Source: Amoebidium appalachense
Lineage: Eukaryota; Protista; Ichthyosporea
NCBI GenBank assembly: GCA_963693365.1
Contig: CAVNZM010000002.1
Coordinates: forward strand, 15,967,615-16,031,614
Reading direction: 5' to 3'
DNA length: 64,000 nucleotides
Shown here one piece after another: positions 31,428-64,000 of this stretch; positions within the stretch are counted from its first letter, which is position 1; every line of letters begins with the position of its first letter. The notes beneath the pieces are model-generated. The model was not told the DNA's origin, did not search any database, and saw nothing but the letters and a program-made list of their open reading frames with translations. A program made the position numbers and the translations under genes.

Positions 31428-32428
31428 GACTGGATTTATTCGACGGAAAGATATGCAAGTATGCACGGCATACTGAGAAGCAATAAAAACTTTTTTTATA
31501 ATGAGTTTATTGATATGCTCAGCAAAATAGAAGCCATCGAGATATGACCGATATCTCGGAGAAGAAAACACAAAAGCCCTCACTCTCGGATACGGAGGAG
31601 ATAACGACTTAAATAATCATACTATATAAAAACTTTTTTTTTTTTTCTTTTGACTGGATTTATTCGACGGAAAGATATGTAAGTATGCACGGCATACTGA
31701 GAAGACAATAAAAACTTCACGAGTTATCCAGTAACAAGTGCATACTGAGATACCTGAACACTGTGTGAAAATCATATAAATACTCAATGTGACGACCAAC
31801 AGAATTCAACAAAAAGTCTTAAGTGTTCACATTGCCAGCTAGTGTAGCAGATACCCGGAGGGAAAGAGGTAAAACGCGACATAAAATTCACACCTATCAA
31901 CATGCTTGCGATTAAAAAGGTCAGCACAAAAGTGGCACCAGCGGCGATGAAAACAAGAATTACAGCGCCACTGAAAAAACTTCACGAGTTATCCAGGGGT
32001 TTACACACTTTTTATTGCGTGGACACTGCCGGAGGCCCAGCCACATTCGACGAGTTATCCAGTAACAAGTGCATACTGAGATACCTGAACACTGTGTGAA
32101 AATCATATAAATACTCAATGTGAAGAGGGGGTTTACACACTTTTTATTGCGTGGACATTGCCGGAGGCCCAGCCACATTCGACGGCCTACTGCGTTTTCC
32201 AGCACAGCCAATCAAATGCAGCCAGTGACATATGTACATGCTAGGCTATGTGAAGACCAACAGAATTCAACAAAAAAGGCTAGTGTTCACATTGCCAGTC
32301 AGTGTAGCAGACACCCGTAGGGAAAGAGGTAAAACGCGACATGCGACATAAAAACTCACACCTATCAACATGCTTTCGATTAAAAAGTTCAGCACAAAAG
32401 TGGCACCAGCGGCGATGGAAACAAGAAT
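31428..32428. repeat. Scrambled local duplication mosaic (blocks A-D, each present twice)
   Basis: A 31428-31492/31652-31717; B 31718-31792/32050-32123 (its start again at 31975-31996); C 31794-31960/32255-32428; D 31996-32052/32127-32183. Confidence 0.9.
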
Positions 32429-32721
32429 AACTGAATTTTGTAATCGTGTTGGTGGGGTTTATGTCATTTTGGGCTCGTTTAGACCCCTATATTATTCAGT
32501 TACTCTTACAATCCCTTAGCTATTACACACCCCGATAGACAAAACAGGGCTTCATATTCCGCTCTGGAGTGCCAAAATAACCACCTGACCGTCTTTTACC
32601 TGGAAAAACACCCATTTTTGTATGAAGACACACCAAAATATACTAATGTGGCCTATTTCACTGCTACGAAAAACCAATACAGCACCTCACAGCGTTACTC
32701 GTATTGACCCCCTGGGCTGAT

Positions 32722-33002
32722 TCGTAAATACGACGCGACACGGACTCGATCCATAACGCGAGTCACCTTGGCTCGATCGCGAAAACCAAGGAAGATCTAC
32801 TTCGAACTTCTAGATCTGCCTTTGCTCTTTGTTCCCACCTAGGCCTAATTAAGTCCATACGCCGGATGTCCCCGCGCACCTGATTGGACAAAACACAATC
32901 CGATGACGTAAAATCAGGGGAGAACGATTCGATCCCCACTGAGCGACATAAAGGGGCCGTCAGGCCCCTCTAGCGGGGGGTTGGGGGGGCGGCAGCCCCC
33001 CC
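32722..33002. other. Cluster of 7-8 adjacent inverted repeats; possible terminus/origin of a mobile element or a structured RNA
   Basis: GACTCG/CGAGTC, CCTTGG/CCAAGG, AGATCTA/TAGATCT, CCTGATT/AATCAGG, GGGGA/TCCCC, AGGGGCC-gtca-GGCCCCT, GGGGGGC-ggca-GCCCCCC. Function is inferred only. Confidence 0.5.
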
Positions 33003-33488
33003 ATTTAGGGCCCAGACACACATAGGGTTATGGTTATTGGGTTTATGTTTTTTATTTTTGTAAATTATTATCAATTATTGTATTTTTTTAGCCAGTTATC
33101 ATCCGATCTCCCTATACCTAGGGCTTCCTTCGTATAGACCTACCTTTGTTCCTTCCTTTTAAAATTTCTCATTTCCAAGAACTATATTTGGGCACTTGCA
33201 GTACACTGTACTAGATTGCCTTCATAGCGTCACACATAATAACCTACTAGGCTCTTGAATTTCCATGGCTGTATCAGTCAACTTGATAGCGTCTTTGTAA
33301 TCCGGCATTCGATACTGCCTTCTATTTTTAGCACCGGGCCTGGGAGCCTCAGCTGCAGAGGCTGCCATTGACTGGGGCGGCAGCGCTGCAGCTACGGTGA
33401 ATGTCACTTTGAGATCCGTCACGCGCAAGAACCGTACACTACGTGCGGGCTTGCATGCATATCGATCAAATTTGACAGGTATTTTAGG

Positions 33489-33566
<78 letters not shown>

Positions 33567-34485
33567 ACACACACACACCCACCCACCCACCCACCGTGAC
33601 ACACACACAGACGCACGGCATACACACATGACCACCACCGCCGCCGCTGCCTGCCCACTGGCAAATATTCAAAAACAACACCACCCACGACCACCTCCCC
33701 ACTGGCAAATACAGCGTTAACGTTCCAGAACAACACCACAAGCAGCAGTAGCCAAAGCAACAACAACAACCATAATGATAGAAAGATAATAGTTGAAATG
33801 AACCCCCCCCCCCCAAAAAAAATAAAAATAAAAAATAATAATAATATAAATAAATAAATAAATGAACCAACTGAAAACCAACCAATAAACACCATCTTCC
33901 TCCAACTTCTCCTCCCTCCCTTTGCCCCCCTCTGCAATCGAATTTTCCCAGGTTTGCATTGGTCACTCTTCCCCGCAGGGGTCCCGTTGACTATTATTAG
34001 CTATTCGGAACACAAAGGCCAATGACATAACAATATTTTTATTTATTTTTATTGGCCTATTTCATCGTCGTCCATTTAGAGTTAACGTCTAAGCATCACC
34101 GGCATGTGTACATAACTTTCACGCTATCATATAGTATATATGCGCTGTGTGCCTGAATCGAGCTCACAATAAACACCTTTGCAAATACACATGCAAATTG
34201 AAAGGACAGCTGAAGGCTATAATAATAGCTTGTTCATTTATTTGGGTGGTTGGGTTTACGCTCCTCACCCCTCTACCTTCCATTTATGGTATAATACATG
34301 ATCGCTGCACAAGCCTACAGACACACATAAAATTCCAGGTACATTTTAACAAGAGATAAACACCTATTGCATTCGTGATTCGGCATTCGTGTAGCTGAAT
34401 ATATGTGCAAGCTTACCTTCGTGCTTCGGTATAAGACCAGTGGTGTCAATTGAACGCAACTCCAGCGAGTGTGCACCTGGTCCAT

Positions 34486-34527
<42 letters not shown>

Positions 34528-34652
34528 ACAATCACCCGCCTACCACCAGTCACCACCACCACCCACCCACCCACCCACCCAACACCACCACACAGACTGA
34601 CACGCGATGAACACACATCAAAATAACCAATGAGGGGCCCTTCCATTTGTCA

Positions 34653-58934
<24,282 letters not shown>

Positions 58935-59680
58935 GGCTAAAAAAAGGAAACTAGCACATATATATGAAATGTGTATGACAAAAATAGTATGTATTAGCAA
59001 TACGGAGCTAGTAATGGAACTCAACCATGACTCGGAAACGTGTGTAGCTACAGCAACAGGGAAACCTTTTCACATGACTTTGCAAGGGTGTGTGTTACAG
59101 GAGTTCGAAAAACCCCGATGGTGCACAGGATCGAAATAAGAAATGGCATGTATTTTTTGATACTTAATGTTGGAAGAAACAAGTGTTAGAAAGCTAAGAA
59201 TGACGTGTAATGACAGTTTGCTTTAAAGTACATGGGCCTGGCCTCAACTTGTACTTGAACGTCGGAAAGTCGCCGAGTACTAGTGCCGCCTGACAGACTT
59301 GTAGGGGGCTTGCGCGCCACTTGCCGAGACTGTATCCAATCAGGCGATTCATATGCTAGCCATATATAGAAGCCCCAATCAGGTGTCTTCGCGCTCTTTT
59401 CCTATAGTCCAATGTGATTGGCTGGCGAGGCACGCATACTGCTTGCAAACAACACCTTTGCAAGGCACACAGGCAGCAGTGGTCCCGGAAAGAAGCAAAG
59501 AAAGCCCCGAGTTCAACAGGGCATCCAACAGTCTATTAGTATTCGCATAGTTTATGTTGTTTTCCTGCTAGTTTGCATATGTAACCACACAGATTGATTT
59601 TTTTTTTTTCGGGACACTTTGATTATCGACTGAAATAGGCCAGCAGAGAGAAAGGTGTTGGCAAACACACATTCAAGAAA
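58935..59680. promoter_or_regulatory. Probable bidirectional promoter between SBNO and POLA1
   Basis: 746 bp between divergent ATGs, nearly free of repeats. CCAAT at 59336, 59375, 59409 and ATTGG at 59417. E2F-like TTGCGCGCC (59310) and TTCGCGC (59388). Confidence 0.65.
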
Positions 59681-60031
59681 ATGCTGTCGGTGTCTGACGA
59701 TGAAGGGAGAGGTAAGTGCTAATCGAGTCATGGCAAACCAAGAGAAGGCGGTCAATACAAAGCACTAGGATTAAGAACATCGCAGGAATGTGGGGAGGAG
59801 GAGGAGGGGGGGGGGGGGGGGGAGGGGGGGGGGGGAATAAGTGCAGTAAGGGCGCTGCAATTGAGTTTGCGCTTTCTCATTTTCATGTGTTTATGTTATT
59901 ACCATCTCTAGGGTCTTTTTGCCCACAAACTGCTATCAAAACTGCTACGAGCTTGATGAGTTCGGGCCTCTTCTTACGCCCCCTTACACATCCCTTGCTC
60001 CATGACTCCACCATCCTCCTCCTTCTTCCCC

Positions 60032-60064
<33 letters not shown>

Positions 60065-61232
60065 TTCGCCCCCTTCCCACTTCCAACCCCACCTCTCCAA
60101 CCTTTCCTCTTTCCTCGACCATGCTCCTGCAGCCTCCAGGAGGTCACGCAGGGCAGCACCCAAGAAGGAGGAGGATGACGCTCTAAAGGCTATCAAACGT
60201 CTGAAGGAGGCACGGGAAGGAAAGAAGGTCGAATATGACGTAAGTGAATGTTTGTGCACAGCAAGCGCTTGCAAACAGAGTATTTGTTGGAGAAACGGGC
60301 AGGTGCTTTTGATAACAATTGGCTGAATGTGGTGTTTAGTTTCTAAGCACCTCGCGAAGGATAGGAGCAAGGGTGGGAAGGTGGCGGTGGGGGGAGGAGG
60401 GGGCACCAAGATGAAGTACAACTTACAAATTTGAAGAAAAATGGGAACAAAAGAAGTGCAGAGGGGGGTTGTCTATTTCCGTCCTGTTTTCCTCTGCTTA
60501 CATGGTCCGCTTGGCTGCAGTTTGACGAAGATGACGATGCTGTGTACGAGGAGGTGGACGAGGAGGAATACAAGAGGAGACAGGCACAGTATGCCGCAGA
60601 CGACTTTGTAGTAGACGACGGTAGGTTTTATTGGTTTCGTTTTTCGTTATTATTTTTACCGGGTTTCTGAAGGTTGGGTCCACCTAAAGGGAAAAGCACG
60701 GAAAGAAAGGAGGGAGGGGGAAAGGGGGGAGGTATGTGTGTTAAACTGTGTGGTTTGTGTTTGCGTGTTTGTGTGTTTTTGTTCTTGTGATTTCTGTGAG
60801 GCAGTGAATGTGGCATGCATGGCAGGAAACGGCAAAGGGAGTTGGGCGCTTGCGTGCATTGGTGGGTGGGTGCGTGCGTGCATGCGTGAGTGTGTACGCA
60901 CGTGATAGCTTGTGTGAATGCGTGGGGCATGCGTGCGTGCGTATGGGTGTGTGTGTAGGTGTGTCCTTATCCACGTACATGGTGGTTTGGCTCTATTTTC
61001 TTGCCTTGTACTTTCTCTCTTCAGGGTGAAGGAACTATACTACTTACTTTGGCTGGGCAGAGATATGTTTGCACATGCACATGATACTTTGCACATGCTC
61101 AATGTACTGTGTGCACAGATGGCCGTGGCTATCGCGATGATGGCCGTGATTGGATGGAGGAAGAGCACGACTATTCGGGAGAGGACGAGGCAGAGGAGGA
61201 GACAGGTGATCTCCCCCTCCCCTCCCCTTGGG

Positions 61233-61281
<49 letters not shown>

Positions 61282-62071
61282 CTGCCCAACCCCTCATCCC
61301 CCTCCCACCCCCCACCCCCCACCCCCCTGGTTTGCTCCATCCTCTCCAGACCCCCCCTTCCCCCCCCCCCCCCTCCTCCCCCCTCCTCCCCCCGGGTTCC
61401 GCCTCCCCCCCCCCCCCTAAAAAACGTGTGACCTTTGCTTGCAGCTTGTGCATGCAAAAATAACTGATTTGGGAAAAGGACTCTTCAGGAAAGTAATGTG
61501 CGAACACGAATAGGCGTACGTGTGCAAATGAACGTACAAGTATATCTCTAAACAACAAACCACGCCGCCACAAAAACAACGATAATCCTACACCACATGC
61601 ACACACCTATACATCCGTAGGGGTGAAAAGACATGCAAAAAGAGCAAATCAAAAACATGTACAACCCACGTCAGCAACGTAGCGAACAGAGGGCACGTGT
61701 GCATTGGCTGTAACCTCATAGTCCTTAAACGTTGCATGGCCTTTGCTAAGTTTGGGGTTTGTTTTTGCACAGGTCCACGAAAGAAGGGTGCAGGCAAAGA
61801 GAAGGAGAAAGGTAACCCCTTCCCCGCTTCCCCCACCCCCTCCCCCCCCTCCCCCCCCCCCCCTCCCTCCTCTTTCCCCTCCTTCCCTGAGCAAGTGCAT
61901 GCGCAAGTACGGAGACATCAGAGACAAGTGTGTGCTCTCCCCGACGATACAAAAATACAAAAACTCATGCAGACTTTGTGCGGACACCCACACGATCTCT
62001 CTGCCCGCCACCACCGCATGCAGGCAAAGTGTCACACACGATCACACGGACACACACACCCGTGTGCCCAT

Positions 62072-62108
<37 letters not shown>

Positions 62109-62185
62109 ACACACACGCACACGCGCACGCACACGCGCACGCACACGCACACGCACACGCACACACGCACACACGCGTGTGCGCG

Positions 62186-62235
<50 letters not shown>

Positions 62236-63890
62236 AGCAGTCACACACATGCACACAGACACCCGAACAAATGACACCCGACGCCTGCACATGCCCGCCT
62301 GCGAGAACGTGGCCCACACTCGCACACGCACACATACACAGACAGAGCTTCTCCTGAGGGAATGTACACAATCATTAAAGACAACTGGAACAGAGCAAAT
62401 ATCTTCAATGTATATCTCACCCTGTTTTAAATCAGGAGGTAAGAAGGGCAAGAAGGAGGTCAAACCGGACCCACGGCAACGTTCCATCAATGCACTTTTC
62501 TCAAATGCGGCAAAAAAGAGCGTCACTTCAAGTGCGGCAGCTGTATGCCCCCCCCCCCCCCCCCCCATCCCCCCCCCCCCCCCCCCCCCCCTCATTTATT
62601 CCCGCAACCTCTCTTCTGCCTTCCCCCCTCCCCTCCCCCCCCCCCCCCCCCCCCGCCCCTCTTTTCTTGGTGCTTTCGAATGTTGCAGTTGTTTGTTTGT
62701 GTGTCCCGAGTGTAGGATTGTTCTATTTACATGTTCTTCGTTTGGTTTCTGGTGCTCGTTCTCCCCTTTTTGTTGCGCCCACTTCCTCTCCTTACCCTCG
62801 GCCATCTTTTCTGCCGCTTTCTCTCCCCTTTACATCCTTCGTTCCCACTGCAATTCATCTAGCTATCCGACTGCTTATTACAATATTAGACAACGGAAGC
62901 GCATTTTGTTAACTGCCATACCCAAAGCAAATCACGTTTTTTTCTCATGGGTTATTTTCCGGTGCAGCAAGCCAAGGTTATGGATGCCGCCAACGACGAT
63001 TTTTTGAACAGTTTGCTGACAGACCTGAACGAGGTATATCCTCCCTCCCCCCCCCCCCCCCCCCCCCCCCCTCCCCCCTCCCCCCTCTCCCCCCCCCCCC
63101 CCCAAAAAAAAAAAAAGAAAAAAACCGATACACGCATGCATACACACAAGCATATAAAAGCACACAATATACAGCACACACGCACACACGTACACACACA
63201 CACACACACACGCACACGCACACACACACATGCACGCACACACACACATACACACAGACACACACACACACGCACACATGCACACACACACACACACACA
63301 CACATACAGGCACACAGACACACACACACACATACACACATACACACACACACACACACAGACACACACACACACACACACACGCACACACACACACACA
63401 ACCATGTATAGTCTAGGCATGCGTTGTGCAGGCATGTACGAAGGAAGAATGGAAAGGACCATGGACAGTCTACATCGCACAAATTCCACAGGTTCACATG
63501 TGCACGGTGAGCTCCCAGGTGCATATGCTACCCCCCCCCCCCCCCCCTTTCTTCCCGATCCCACATGCGCGCGCACACACACACACACACACGCACACAT
63601 GTACACGTGCGCACCACCCCATCTTTTTCCCCCACGGATTGGCACTGCTTACGTATGCATGGTTGTGTATATGTTGCACTCGCAGAGGTATACATCACAA
63701 TCATGTATCATGCCGCAAGGTTTAGTACATATGTGCTCTTTGCATTACTTACATTTCTTGTCTCCCCCCCCCCCCCCCCCCCTCATCCCCTGTCCCTGCC
63801 CCTCCTTGTAGGATCCCGAGGACAAAAAGTCTGCGCTTAAATCACAAAAGAAGGTCGACGTCAAGTCTGCTATGGATGCTGCACTTTTTG
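59681..63890 (+). CDS. POLA1: DNA polymerase alpha catalytic subunit, N-terminal 8 exons (3'-partial)
   Basis: [10 protein letters not shown]|[32 protein letters not shown]|[28 protein letters not shown]|[12 protein letters not shown] matches the Pol alpha N-terminal signature (YEEVDE..DDFVVDDDG.GY.DDG). Later [12 protein letters not shown] and [11 protein letters not shown] also fit. All splice phases are consistent. Confidence 0.9.
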
Positions 63891-64000
63891 GTATTATCCT
63901 CCCCCCCCCCCCCCCCCCCTTCCCCCCGCCCCCTCCGCCACTCAACGACCCACCGACCCAGCCTCCCCCCCCCCTTCCCCCTCCCCTACCCCCCCTGCAA

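Noticed and set aside
33222-33480. Minus-strand frame ..KNRRQYRMPDYKDAIKLTD..
   Set aside because: No recognisable motif and no convincing splice partner; left unannotated.

Overview
Eukaryotic, very intron-rich genomic DNA. Introns are filled with poly-G/poly-C runs and (CA)n/(TG)n microsatellites, so most ORF-track entries are low-complexity artefacts. By manual splicing the window holds: (1) the 3' part of a senataxin/Sen1-type SF1 helicase gene (+, 37 exons, stop 21674-21676); (2) an intergenic accessory zone (about 22-34 kb) with an intact APE+RT non-LTR retrotransposon (8-bp TSD, A37 tail), an orphan intronless ORF, a scrambled duplication mosaic and a dense hairpin cluster; (3) a complete strawberry notch-like gene (-, 33 exons) whose introns carry two TTAA piggyBac-type MITEs and a tRNA-Gln(CTG); (4) the 5' end of the DNA polymerase alpha catalytic subunit gene (+), head-to-head with strawberry notch. 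Splicing looks unusual: at least 4 GC donors among about 75 introns, acceptors embedded in poly-A or CA repeats, and homopolymer runs just after donors. The organism cannot be identified from this window; a unicellular opisthokont is only a guess. No clearly new system is proven. The best leads are the retrotransposon's target site, the hairpin cluster and the intron architecture.
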